64,000 nt of DNA from Lepidodermella squamata (GCA_047495785.1 JBLDXI010000007.1:4526001-4590000); one strand, 5' to 3'; shown: positions 50,198-62,110, numbered from the stretch's first letter. Notes: generated from the letters alone by a model not told the origin. Made by a program: numbers and translations.

Positions 50198-52786
50198 TTA
50201 AACACAGGAAATAGCGTAACACATGATGATCAGCATCGCACTGAGCCCTGAAAGAGCTGCGGCTACATCCATAGCTCGGGCGACAGACAGTGATCGCAAG
50301 GGCTGAATCTCGACACTGCTCCGATTGAACAGGCTGATCGTGACCAGGAAACCCATCGTCACTGTGTACACAGCAATCAGACCGCCAACGCTCGTCAAAG
50401 CGATCGCTACTTTACTCAAGAGTGTGCTTTGCGCGAACTGCGTTGCCAATTCGAGAGCTTTGGATTGGGCGTAGCCTAGACCCAGCATCAAAACAGCACT
50501 GATGATCGACCTGCTTTGCCGGTCGGGCGAAAGCAGCAGCACGCCTAGCATGACGCAGAGTAGCAAAACACTCGGGACAAGGCCCTGGACCATGTATTGA
50601 TGATAGTCCCTCTCGAACGTTAATTCGAACTTGGCGTAACTCGACAAGCCGGCTTTACGCAAGGTCGAAGGAGTCGCACCAGTTGACAGCAAAACGTTGA
50701 CGAGCTTCCATTCCGCTTGCGATTGAGCTGTCTGATCTTTAAAGTATACATCAGCAAACTCAGCGTAATCAATTGATTCTTCAATGACGAATGTGATTTC
50801 ACAGGTTTGAGAATCGAAAGGGAAACTCGAAACATCCAGCTTGCAAGCTGCGCTCAGACGACCTGACCTTTCCCAATGAAAAAACAACGTGCGAAAAGGC
50901 ACGGTGGGATAAAATCCAGCTTGAAAAGTTTCCCTTGAGTAATCTTCACTGGAGCTGTTAGCCAGTGAGATCGTCGGTTTCCACAAGCCTGAATTCGCAT
51001 CCAGTTGCAATCGCTCTTGCGAGTCGGCATAAGGCGCTGTGACATCTCTCGAGCAGTTTCTAACGGCCCACTGGAGGTATACAGAGGCGGAGAGTTGAAA
51101 TTCTTGCGATTTCGCATCCATAGCGAGCAACTGATTTAGTGTGAAGATCAAATAGACCTGCTGGTTCCAGGTGGGCGCTCGTCTGCTTGAGGCTAGATAT
51201 TGGCAATTCTCTAGATCTTGTTGGCTGACCCGCGGTTGCATATTCCCATTGATTAGTAGTGGAATCGGGAATTTCGTCTCCGGGTCCTGTCCCTCGAAGT
51301 AAGTACTCACCTCGGTAGTTGTAGTACTTTCGGGAGTTGTCGTGGTTGTTGAAGTGGTGGTCGAACTGGTGGAAGTCGACGGGGTCGTCGTTGAAGAGGA
51401 AGTTGATGGCGTTGTTGTTGTTGTTGTCGTCGTACGTGTTGTCGTTGGACTCGTAGTTGTAGAAGTGGTACTTGAGCTCGTCGTCGGCGTTGTGGTGGTC
51501 GTGGAAGAGCTGGTACTTGGAGTAGTCGTGGTCGAAGTTGTTTTAGTCGTCGTAGTTGAGGATGTCGTTGTTGGAGTCGTCGTTGAAGTCGAAGTTGAAG
51601 TTCTAGTAGTAGTTGTCGTAGTTGAGGAGCTCGTCGACGTCGAAGGCCGCGTTGTAGTTGATGTTGAGGTCGATGGGGTGGTAGTCGTTGAAGTTCTGGT
51701 CGTAGTAGTGGTGGAGGATGAAGTTGAAGGGCTCGTCGCCAGGGTCCAGAAGTAGAAATTTTTGATACGAGCGACGCCCGTGTTCATGCCGCAGAAAAGA
51801 TTCAGTCGCAGTTTTGTCGAGCCACTCGACGTGATCGAGCCGAGCCCGGAGACAGCCACGTCTTGGAAACACGTGAAAGCTGGCGATACGCCATTAGCCG
51901 GCAGTGGAACCATCACAATCTATTGAATAGTTGAGGCCAAAGAGAGGTTTAAGTGCCGTTCAACTTACAGTTAGCTTATCATTAGCCACTTGCATGATTA
52001 GCCGGTAGCTCGTGGAACCTGTCGAATTGAAGAGACCTGCCGATGAACCGCCGCACGCTGCCGCAGAGGTGTAGTCGATCGTGCAAGGAATCGTGCAGTA
52101 CGACGTTATTTCAGTTGGTTCGTACTGCACGAGAACGCGGCCGTTCGGTTTCACCTCTTGCCAAACATTGAGACCGCGAATGTTCGACACTCCGTCGTAT
52201 TCGCACGTGGTCGCCGCTGTTTCAGGCACTTTCTAAAAGAAATGTTCATTGAATCGAAATTAAAGCTCACAGTAGGAAATCGAAGCCATTGATAACATGA
52301 CTGAAAACCAGCCTGGGTTCGAGGCAGCTGCGTTGTACGTCGCAGTTATGTCCATCTCAGCACGCCAGTTTTGCCCAGTCCCACTTGAAATATACTATAC
52401 AAGCATCACTAGGTTTATTGTTTTTTAGCTGACTTCTTAAATTACCTGGCCCGAAGAAATGCGACCGAAGTCTTGGGAAGCCAGATTAGCCAATAAATAG
52501 CCGGCTGAACTCGAGGTGACAGTTCCATAATTCGAGAATGTCATCGACTGAGCGAGTGAGCTATTCGATAGGTCGTATGAAAAACTGGAGACATAAACCG
52601 GCGTGCCTCCGAACGTGTACGGCAGAGGCAGCGAACTGAGGTCTGGGCTCGGATTAACCTGCGCATGGACCCACTCTGGAAAAAGAATTTCAAAATAGTT
52701 GCCAGGAAATGAAGCGATCTCCTACTTTGAGCGAATGTTATTAAAGCAGCCAGAAGAAGGAAACCCTGAAAATTGTCTCGATCCAT
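50198..52786 (-). CDS. Lectin-like (ConA-type) domain + ~140-aa T/S stalk + Cys-loop channel subunit (gene G)
   Basis: Signal MDRDNFQGFLLLAALITF. Motifs PLPYTFG, WRAEMD, GWFSVMLS and WQEVKPNGRV. The lectin C-terminus, stalk and channel lie in one continuous ORF (50198-51916). Cys-loop CKLDVSSFPFDSQTC. Confidence 0.85.
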
Positions 52787-52996
52787 CTCTTCTCGGGAAG
52801 GAGCCTGTTGCTGCTGCCAGCAGCGCGATCTATTGTCTTGTTTCCGTCTAATTAAATCCTCAATCAATAATTCAAAACCTTTCCTCACTTTGCTTCCTAC
52901 GCTAGGGAGGCAGCATTTAGCAAAAAACATGAACTCGCTTCGCATCTCAGCATTTTATTTTGAAGGGTTCACAAAAACGGAGAATAAAAAATGAAT

Positions 52997-54154
52997 TTAA
53001 AAAGCAACGACAAGTGCATATACGTTGATACCGATAAAAACATCCAGGGCGACGAGGAAAATTGCCAAATCCAAACTGCGAGCCATCGTCATAGCAGGAA
53101 TTTTCGGCAGCTTGATGTGCACCGTCAAACTCTTCGGGTACTCCTGCGTTAGGACGTAGGCGATCATGTCGTAGACCGTAATCGCCCCGGTCAGGCCGGT
53201 GAACATCAAAATGTACTCGACGTAGAGAATTCGCTGGGAAGTTTCAGGCACCGATTGCAAAACGTCAGATTCGGCGACAATCAGCGACAACATGGTAGTG
53301 CCGCAGAAAAGAGCTCGGTCCAACACATTTGGCTCAATGATAAAAGACGCGAAAACCAAGGACAGCAAGATATAGCAGGGTACAGCGAGGTTGATGATGA
53401 AATGAGACGGGTCTCTAGCGAACACCATCGTGAACTTGGCATAGCTAGACGTACCTGTTCTGCGTTTCAGAGACTGCATCAGGCCTATACTCTTGTTGAA
53501 GGCCCTACAGGTCCATAAATCGTTAGAAATCGCATTCAGTCCTCCTAAATACACGCCGCCGAACGCGAGATAGGCAGGGGTTTCGTCGATTACAAACGTG
53601 AAATCACAGCGTTGGGTATCGAATGGGTATTTCCTGAGGTTCAAGCTGCATTTCGAAATGTACGTTCCGAAACGGGTCCAATGAAAGAACATGGTTCGAT
53701 TCGGTACGGTTGGGTAGAAAACCATTTCGATTTCTTCAGTGTAGCTCATGCCTGCCATGTAGAGATCGGTAGTTGCGTTGGCGAATCTCACCCTCGGCAG
53801 CCAGACATCCGTTCGGTCTGTTATGAAAATTCGGTCCTGATTGACAGCTCCAGGCGCCGTTGTCAAACTGTCGCAATTTGTCACTTGCCATTGAATGAAC
53901 AGGGTGCCTAAAACTGAAATTTGCTGGTTCATTGTATCAATCATATTAAGGCGTTCGATGGTGAAGGATAGGTAGATTAGAGTCCCAGGGGCGGGCGACT
54001 TGTTGTCCGGTTCGATGTAGGGACAGTTGGTCAGGCTGGAGTAGTCCAAAGACGGTATCATGTTGCCATCGATGAGCGATGGAATTGGAAATCCAGTTAC
54101 CGGGTCTGAATCTGCGGATACCAGGGCTGCATCTTGCGATTTGGCGGCATTCAC
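52997..54154 (-). CDS. Divergent Cys-loop channel subunit (gene H), main exon; 5' exon unresolved (probably ~54300-54500)
   Basis: Motifs DPVTGFPIPSLIDG and VWLP, Cys-loop CSLNLRKYPFDTQRC and 4 TMs. Closest to the gene F channel. The acceptor ttgtag lies at ~54155. Confidence 0.85.
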   Translation of the reverse strand: MNAAKSQDAALVSADSDPVTGFPIPSLIDGNMIPSLDYSSLTNCPYIEPDNKSPAPGTLIYLSFTIERLNMIDTMNQQISVLGTLFIQWQVTNCDSLTTAPGAVNQDRIFITDRTDVWLPRVRFANATTDLYMAGMSYTEEIEMVFYPTVPNRTMFFHWTRFGTYISKCSLNLRKYPFDTQRCDFTFVIDETPAYLAFGGVYLGGLNAISNDLWTCRAFNKSIGLMQSLKRRTGTSSYAKFTMVFARDPSHFIINLAVPCYILLSLVFASFIIEPNVLDRALFCGTTMLSLIVAESDVLQSVPETSQRILYVEYILMFTGLTGAITVYDMIAYVLTQEYPKSLTVHIKLPKIPAMTMARSLDLAIFLVALDVFIGINVYALVVAF

Positions 54155-54900
54155 TACAAAATAATCGTTATTTCAAGGTAAACTTAAAAAATGTGAAACT
54201 TGCTAAGGAATGAAACCAGAAAAATACGGATCATCATTGGTTATCTCGCCCAGAAAGGTCAAGGCTACGTTTCAGTTATCAGATCAAGTTGCCAGCTGTG
54301 TTTCACCGTAGGTTGAATGTTTTGTCGACCGAAAATGTTTTCTGTGTTGAATAATTTATTAGCGGAAAGGGCGAGGCTGAAAGTACTTTTGCGAGTCTGA
54401 AAGCTCTCCTGGAAGCGAATTTTTCAAACGTGGTGATCAATAACTGAGATCTCATCGCTAGACGTTGCAAACATGCGGAGAAGCAAATAAAATGTACCAT
54501 GATCAAAAATATGTTTATTGCTCTCCAATGCGACTCAGGATACGTTTTGTTACGGTGTGCCAGTAATCAAAACGCAATTGAAAAACTTGAAAATCATAAT
54601 TTATCGCAGAGCCACGACATTTGCTGACAAGTTACTGAGCAAATTTATCCCAGCTTCAGCCAAGTAACCCAAAATTTGAAACGAATACTTTTAATTTTAC
54701 TCGTGATATTTACTTCGAAATTAACTCATCACACTGTGGAGATTACTCGTGGACGTGATGAATGAAAATGCACGAGCCGTTAAAATCCATTCATTCACCC
54801 AGCTCATACTATTCACGCTCGCGCACACGAGTACGCATTCATTCATACATTTCCTACACTCGTAAGACGACAATGGATGCCACACGGCGTAATCTCACGC

Positions 54901-57900
54901 ATGCGTCTTACAATGAGCACAAGCAGTGTTATTCGCCTGTCACTGCTGCTTGTTGCCGGGCTGTCTACGAAACAGTGGGTCGAAGCTCAGCGACCTCCAG
55001 GATGCCGGGTTCCTGTGCGTCCTTTCGCGAAAGTCTTGGCTGAAAACGGAACTGAACTAGCGTCCAGGGCAGAGGTCAAAGTCGGGACGAAAATCACAAT
55101 AGACTGTTTCATCGACTACGTGCTCACTGAAGATACGTCGCCTTACAGCGAGTGCGTCAACGGCAGCGGGGTCTGGAGTCCGATCCTCGGAGTTTGCCAG
55201 CTTGACCTAGGTTAGTTCGTAGCTGATCAGAGCAATTTTTGGAATTCGATTAATTCGTAGAAATACCAGAGGTCGGAACAGATCCGCAAGAATGCGGCAC
55301 TGGATTGCTGCAGCAACGTAAAATTGACAAGCTGTATGCTGCTCATGGCGAACTTCCTTGGATGGTAGCGTATATTTTCCATTTCTTTAAACTGCAGCTG
55401 CATTTCACTCTGTTTCAGGCCCGGCTCAACCTATTTTTCGACTCAAGAAATACCTACTCGATTTGCTCTGGAGTGTTAATATCCAGTTATTGGGTGCTCA
55501 CATCGGCCCATTGTGTTTCTCAGCGCCGAATTTTAACGTAAGACGAATTCGGTAGCATAAATTGATAACTGTCGCCTGCTCCTGTTACTATTTCAGAGTT
55601 AACGTACATCTTGGTCGTGCGAACTTCTCTGATGAGCGGGAGCAGCGTTACGAACAGTTGATAACCGCGACCAGCGTAGTTACTCATCCTCTGTTCAGCG
55701 TGGTGGATAATTACAATTACGACTTAGCTCTAGTGAAACTATCGAAAGAAGCTCAAATTAGCCCGTATGTTCGAACTGCATGTCTGCCGGCCCGGCGTGT
55801 TTGCGATTCATCACACGACGAGTCTGATGCGGAGGCCAAGGATATCGACGGCTGTGAAGAGTTTCAAGCAGCCGTTTGGGGTACTATTGGTATTATTCTC
55901 GAGTTGATCCCAGAAATTAGAGTCTGAACGCCAGTTCTCAGACTTTGGGAATCATAAAAACCATAGAGAATAGAGTTACCAGAGATGAAACTCCTATTGG
56001 AAACTAGAAGTTTTAATTCTTTTGCCGATTTCGTAAAATTTCATTATGGCGGATCTTTTTGAAAGTCGCGCATGCATGTTTACATGTAAAAAATGGTGTT
56101 TTTCCACGCGCTATACCCACTATCCCTCATCATGGAATTTTTATTTTTTTATTTTAATCGATGGGGATTGGTTTCAACTTCAACCAGTTCAAAGGAATCG
56201 GCTGGGAAATGAATGGTTTTGACGCCATAGCGGTTTTCCCGAAGGTCACTTTTTGGGGGTTCAAAAATAGGGGTTTTCGGCTTGACCCCACGGCCACATC
56301 CTTGATCGGACTATCGTTTTCTTTGGTGGAAATGATAGAGCTGAGTCCATATTATCACCATGTGAAATGAGTTGTTCACCAAAGCCACCGTTCAAAAATT
56401 ATTCATGGGTTTCAGAAGCATTTTTTTGGTTTACATGCTTTATACCTAAACCACCCAGCCGTCATTCCAGACGTCATTCCGCATGAGAAAACGCGTTCGC
56501 GCTTCGTATGAAAAAAAATTGAGAAATTTCGTAGGCTGCTTTTAAATAATTTGAAAAAAAACTTAGCATCGATTTCAGCCTTTGCACTTTGCAATATTCA
56601 ATAACAGAATTCCGAAAAAATGCTTCTGAAACCCATGAATAATTTTTGAACGGTGGCTTTGGTAAACAACTCATTTCACATGGTGATAATATGGACTCAG
56701 CTCTATCATTTCCACCAAAGAAAACGATAGTCCGATCAAGGATGTGGCCGTGGGGTCAAGCCGAAAACCCCTATTTTTGAACCCCCGAAAAGTGACCTTC
56801 GGGAAAACCGCTATGGCGTCAAAACCATTCATTTCCCAGCCGATTCCTTTGAACTGGTTGAAGTTGAAACCAATCCCCATCGATTAAAATAAAAAAATAA
56901 AAATTCCATGATGAGGGATAGTGGGTATAGCGCGTGGAAAAACACCATTTTTTACATGTAAACATGCATGCGCGACTTTCAAAAAGATCCGCCATAATGA
57001 AATTTTACGAAATCGGCAAAAGAATTAAAACTTCTAGTTTCCAATAGGAGTTTCATCTCTGGTAACTCTATTCTCTATGATAAAAACGAAGAACAGCTAA
57101 ATGTTGAAATTTCAATGTATCTTAAATGTTGTTAATCTTGCAGGTGTCCGGAACGAACTGATCAAAGTCATCAAAAAAGCAGACCTTTCAGTAAAACATC
57201 GCTCAAGCTGCCAATACTTGACGAGGAAAGAAATCGAGTTAACTGATGCTCAAATCTGCGCTGCTGGCACTGAAGTCGACGAAGATCTGTGCTCGAGTTT
57301 CGGCGGTGGCCCCCTCATGTGCACGTCGAGCCCTAAGCCTTACGTAATTGGAATTTCATCCTACGGACCTGGTTGTGGATTCGTCCAAGAGCCGGGAGTA
57401 TACGCCCGAGTTTGCTCAGCCTTGAAATGGATTGAACAGACAATGAATTTGACAACAAAGCTGCCTGTGAAGGGCAATGACAAACTTCCGTCCGATCGGC
57501 TGTACACTAATTTGATGGACGCTTGTGCGAATGGAAGCTATGCGCAGTTCCAATCGTATACTCAGCTGATTCCGAACTTCGACGCAAACTGGATGGACAA
57601 ACGGACCTTCAAAGGATGTTTGAACATAACTGTAGCAAACGCGACTTGTCTAATCCGCGCGATTCACATGAGCTGCGATAACTCGTCGAGTCGGCTGGAC
57701 ATAGCTAGGCTTCTCATCGAATTTCATCAAGCGAACGTTGATTGGCAGGAATCAGCAGGGGGCCGAACTGCGTTGTACCTAGCAGCCGCGAATGGCCGAT
57801 TGCAGCTGGCTTCACTTCTTTTAAACAACGGAGCGTCGGTTGATTTGAAGTCTAAAAGCGGTTGGACTCCTTTGATGGCCGCATCATCAATTGGCCAACC

Positions 57901-59091
57901 AGAAATAATGTCTCTGTTGATCAGCAAAGGAGCCAAGGTCGACGAGATATCGAATGGAAATGTCACTGCCCTAATGTTTGCTACAGGAGCCGGCTCGTTT
58001 CTGGCGGTCGATCGACTTCTGGACACAGATGCTAATCTTGATAGACAGGATAAAGATGGCTGGAGTGCGTTGCATTACGCTGCTGCCAAGGGCTTCTCTT
58101 ACCTCGTTGAGTTGCTCCTAGATTCAGGAGCGACTGTCGATATGCCTGATTCAAGAGGCTGGACAGCTTTAATGATCGCAGCATACGCTGGCTTCCTCGA
58201 GCCTGTGAATTTGCTCATTCGTAAGGGTGCGAATGTCAACTGGAGCAGCCGTGGGGAAGGCTTAACACCTCTGATGGTTGCTGCATCTAATGGCCAGTTT
58301 CTCGTGGCTAGCGCGTTGCTAGAAGCAGAGGCCAACTTCAACGCCAGAGATGCGAATGGCTACTCGGCTCTCGTGTACTCGGTTAATCGCGGCGATCTCA
58401 GGACAGCGGAGATGCTGACGAGGAGAGGCGCCTCAGTCAACGTGAAGGACACATCTGAGGCTACGCCGCTGATATGGGCATCGAACAGTGGCAAGACAGA
58501 AATGGTGCGGTTGTTGCTAGAAAGAGGTGCCTCTATCAATGCGAGGGATAAGTCTGGCTTCACGAGTTTGATGGTGGCGGCTCATGGAGGGCACGCGGCG
58601 ACGGTTGATTTGCTGGGGTCACGGGGTGCGCAACTGAACGCGGCGGATCGCAACGGTTCGACTGCGTTGATGCTAGCGATTCTGAATAACGCAACGAGGA
58701 CCGCGGTGAAGTTGCTCGAACACGACGGCTTGGCGCTGACTGCGGTCGATAGGCAGGGCGAGACGGCGCCGATGATGGCAGCGGCTCGCGGCATGGTCGA
58801 GGTGGTTAAGCGCATGCTCGGTGAGTACATTTCAGTTATTTACTTATAACCAGATCACATTGTGTCTACAATTCTTGAGTAGAAGCCGATCCTAACGTTG
58901 CAGACGAGCGGGATGCAAGTGGAGCCACACTACTGATAGTCGCTGCTAAAAACAACCAACCCCTCATGGTGGGCTTCCTTCGTCAGGCCACAACGCTGGG
59001 CGAGGAGAGCGACAACAATGGCCGAACAGCTGCGGATTGGGCGAGACAGCTCGGCTTGCGCATTGTCGAAGAGCTGCTCGACGAAGCGTGA
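54901..59091 (+). CDS. Signal peptide + Sushi/CCP + trypsin-like pseudoprotease + ~13 ankyrin repeats
   Basis: CCP domain C...VGTKITIDC...C...GVWSP...C. Protease motifs ELPWM, CSGVLISSYWVLTSAHC, YDLALVKL and DLCSSFGGGPL (no GDSGG). The protease C-terminus and the ankyrin array are in one ORF (57101-58849). The last exon is ~58883-59091. Confidence 0.82.
55962..57079. mobile_element. 1.1-kb non-autonomous foldback DNA transposon (hAT-like), ~465-bp arms, 8-bp TSD
   Basis: CATAGAGAATAGAG... (55962 to ~56429) is the near-perfect reverse complement of ~56612-57079. ATAAAAAC is duplicated at 55954-55961 and 57080-57087. Confidence 0.93.
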
Positions 59092-59877
59092 CTTATTAGC
59101 TTTTGCTATATTTCATATTTTGCACAACGTGATTCCCATGATTGCCTATGCCGAAAAATAAAAGTTGACTCTCGAGAAATAATAGTGAGATAAGTTGTTT
59201 CGTGATCACGCGTTCGGAGATTTCTGTTCAATCATCACAATTTTCGGTGAATTGTAAAAAATGTTCATTTATCGTCGAAGATATTTAGCTGTTTTGACTC
59301 TTGACTCTCTCCGCCCGCAGATAACAACACAACTCTAAACATTATTCTCCTGATTCTCTTTAGTCAACGAACTCACATTATTAAGGCTGGAAAAGACAAT
59401 CATTTTCAAACATAATTTTTCTCTCACAATCCGGATTTAGAATTGGCGGAAATAACAGCTAGAGACCGGGAAGAATGGCAACTATTGGGGGCTGTGATCG
59501 AGTGCGAAGAGTGCATAATTTAGGTCGTATTTTACCTTTTTCGAACAAATTTGTTTCTGATTTGCACCGCGCAAAATGAATGTTTTCTTCAAGAGTAAAA
59601 GCAAAACTTTTCTAACTGTCTTGTTGCGTAATAGAGCTGAATGACGTCACAATACCGAGGCTTGAAAGTAAATAGTGACAAAATTGAACTACGATAAAAC
59701 TAAAGCGGTTCAAGATCGAAACCAGGTGTCTACAACATCGTCACGGCCTGATTACTGATTCGGTTACAAGTAGTTGTCGTTCGATTTCACCTTGTTTTCA
59801 AGTGAACACCGCTTCATAAGATCACGGTCGAAAGAGGGTTTTATCATCTCTATAGGCTGATATTTGATAGGCCAATA

Positions 59878-60179
59878 CAGGGGCGTAAACAGGGATTTTT
59901 TTGTTTGTTCTTATGGGTTTTTATGGTTCTTATGGATCTGATAGTGAAATTTGCATTTTTGTTAGAATAATCCTAGGTCGGCGAGTGCCGATTTTCAAAT
60001 AGGAGGAATAATAGGATATATTGAAAACATCGAGATTTCGAGCGAAGCGAAAAATTTCCTCCACGTTTTACAAGCAATTTTTGCCATTTTGCCAGAAATA
60101 ATAGCCCGAAGATGGGATTTTGAGTTTTCGTTTTGGTTGTTGTTTGAACAACCAAAACAACCAGCTGGTTACGCCCCTG
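59878..60179. mobile_element. hAT-like MITE (~300 bp)
   Basis: Termini CAGGGGCGTAAACAG / CTGGTTACGCCCCTG (14/15 match). Degenerate 8-bp flanks GGCCAATA / AGCTAATG. Confidence 0.6.
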
Positions 60180-60233
60180 AGCTAATGGCAGAGGAGGCAT
60201 TCGCCATTTCGCTCACCCTCAAATTTGCTACCG

Positions 60234-61267
60234 TATAATACCGAATTAGAGCACTGCTTCTAATTTTACAATGCAAATCGCACGATTTCTAATTTAGCGT
60301 TTTTTCACTTAGAACGCGTGCGTTTTTCTAATTCGCATTTCTAATTCACTTAGAACACGTGCGTTGTTCTAATTAGCGAATTAGAACACGCACGATTTTT
60401 TATTGCGCGTAATTACTCATTCATAAAACAGCAACGCATTTTTACGCACAGCAATAATTTCTCATTTTTATTGCACACGCAAAACGCTGTTAATAACCGA
60501 GGCGATAGCCGAGGTTACCAAAGGCGAGCGCAGCGATGCCCTTAAAATAAAACGAGGCGAAGCCGAGTCTAGTAGTGAAAGGCGAGTGAAGCGAGCCTGG
60601 ATGAGACGTTGAAACGAGTCGAAGCAAGAGTGGAACGAGGCGCAGCCGAGTGTAACGAGTGCGGAGACGAGTTTCAACGTTTTCCACTTTTTTAAGCCGC
60701 ATTTCTGCCTGCTGTTTATTGAACGTAGTATCTATCGCCAAGCGATTGACTCATTCTTCGTGCGGCGAGTGCAAAATTATACCCTCAATAAAACACGCAC
60801 ACACCAGTGTTAGCAATAATGCAATAATGCGAGCGTTGCAAAACTGGCACAAATTTCGCATTGCTAGGCGCAGCGATTTCAGTAAATTGGCTTCGCTCTC
60901 AAAGGTGGACATAATTTCCATGAGCTGGGCATGTTCGGCGAGGTACTAGTTGATGCTCACTTAAAGCAGAAATGTGAATAAAATGAGGTGAAAAAACTCG
61001 CGTAATTCAGTCCCTGAAAATTAGAAGCCGTGCTCTAATAATGTTAGATCACTCGTTTTGATCCTAATCTCGAAAACGCTCCCTCTCGTAAACTTCGACT
61101 CGTGAAAAACTCGCGCTCCACTCGGCTGCGCCTCGTTCCGCTTGCTCGTTTTTCACTCGTCTTCGTTTACTCGAGATTATAAAAAAATCCGCCTTAACGG
61201 CGGATTTTTTTCTAATTACGCGTTTTCTCGATTAGAATCAAAACTCGGTGTTCTAACATATATTATA
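60234..61267. mobile_element. Probable non-autonomous DNA transposon with subterminal motif repeats
   Basis: Termini TATAAT...TTAGA.CAC / GTGTTCTAA...ATTATA. Repeated TTAGAAC/TTCTAA motifs and GAGGCG.AGCCGAG motifs occur in both orientations. Confidence 0.5.
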
Positions 61268-61933
61268 AAGTGGGACCGAAATAATGGGCAGGGTAAGTCA
61301 TTTGACCCTCCTAAGAATTTAATGCCTGTTTTACATCGATCTCTGCTCTCAAGTGAGCAGTTTCTTTTTCCTAAAATGTCCTTCAAACAGAAGAGGACAG
61401 TGCCTAATATTTCGGCATTTATAGTGATAAATAATTCTCACCTTATCTACTACTACCGATTTTCTAAAAATGGGACAGCATCGGAATGAAAGCAATCTAG
61501 TTCTGTTGTAGCGGAGTATGCCATTTTAGCGATCAGATAATTTCAGGTGTTTAGACACAATCGAGGAGTTTCAAGAGAAATTAATTAGGTTTCTATTGTT
61601 CGCGTGAATCATCCATCAAAAGCACCATGATTTTACTATTTCTGGAGGTCAAATTGTTTCACATTTGTTACGATATTCCAATTATTTGAGCAGAAACATT
61701 ACTTATTTTGGTGAGTAAACATATATTATATTATCATACTTCTAATTGCTTCTGAGAGTAAACGTGAAATTCGAGTAACATTTTGAAAAAATCCCTTCGA
61801 TCACCTCATTTTTGGGCAAAATTTTAACTATTCCGTATTAATTCAGATGTATTCCCAGACAAAGCGAAACAAACTGAAACAAAGCTCGAACATTTCGAAA
61901 CAATTTGATGCACCTTTCGATCACAACCCCCAT

Positions 61934-62110
61934 TATGTAACAGCATAGAGAACTATGAATTAATGGGAAAAGCAGATTGTTCGCGACTGTTCCTGAAGCT
62001 GGTCTCTCGTCTTCAGCCGTCCCTTAAACCCTCAGAGGTAAGGCTTGTATATATTTCCATCACATTTTTTACAGCTGAGGAGGACGAAAAATAAAACGTT
62101 TTCATTTGTT
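61934..62110 (+). mobile_element. 5'-truncated LINE-B copy (RT C-terminus + 3' UTR)
   Basis: Encodes CNSIENYELMGKSRLFATVPEA as at 7640-7710, then ...GGTAAGGCTTGTATATAT...AATAAAAC...TTCATTTGTT. Confidence 0.85.

Noticed and set aside
51342-51755. Val-rich ORFs antisense to the stalks (also 26364-26639, 29272-29751, 48310-48672, 11663-11920)
   Set aside because: Shadow frames of Thr/Ser or Asn codon repeats on the opposite strand.
16987-54154. Naming the channels as nicotinic acetylcholine or GABA receptor subunits, or as bacterial HGT
   Set aside because: The binding-site motifs are absent, so orthology is unsupported. The disulfide Cys-loop is a eukaryotic feature that argues against recent bacterial origin.
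56161-56880. Two nearly identical 69-aa ORFs on opposite strands
   Set aside because: They lie in the two arms of the foldback element and show no coding evidence.
57480-59091. Latrotoxin-like or endosymbiont-derived ankyrin array
   Set aside because: Only generic ankyrin motifs are visible, no pore-forming domain is seen, and origin cannot be inferred without a search.
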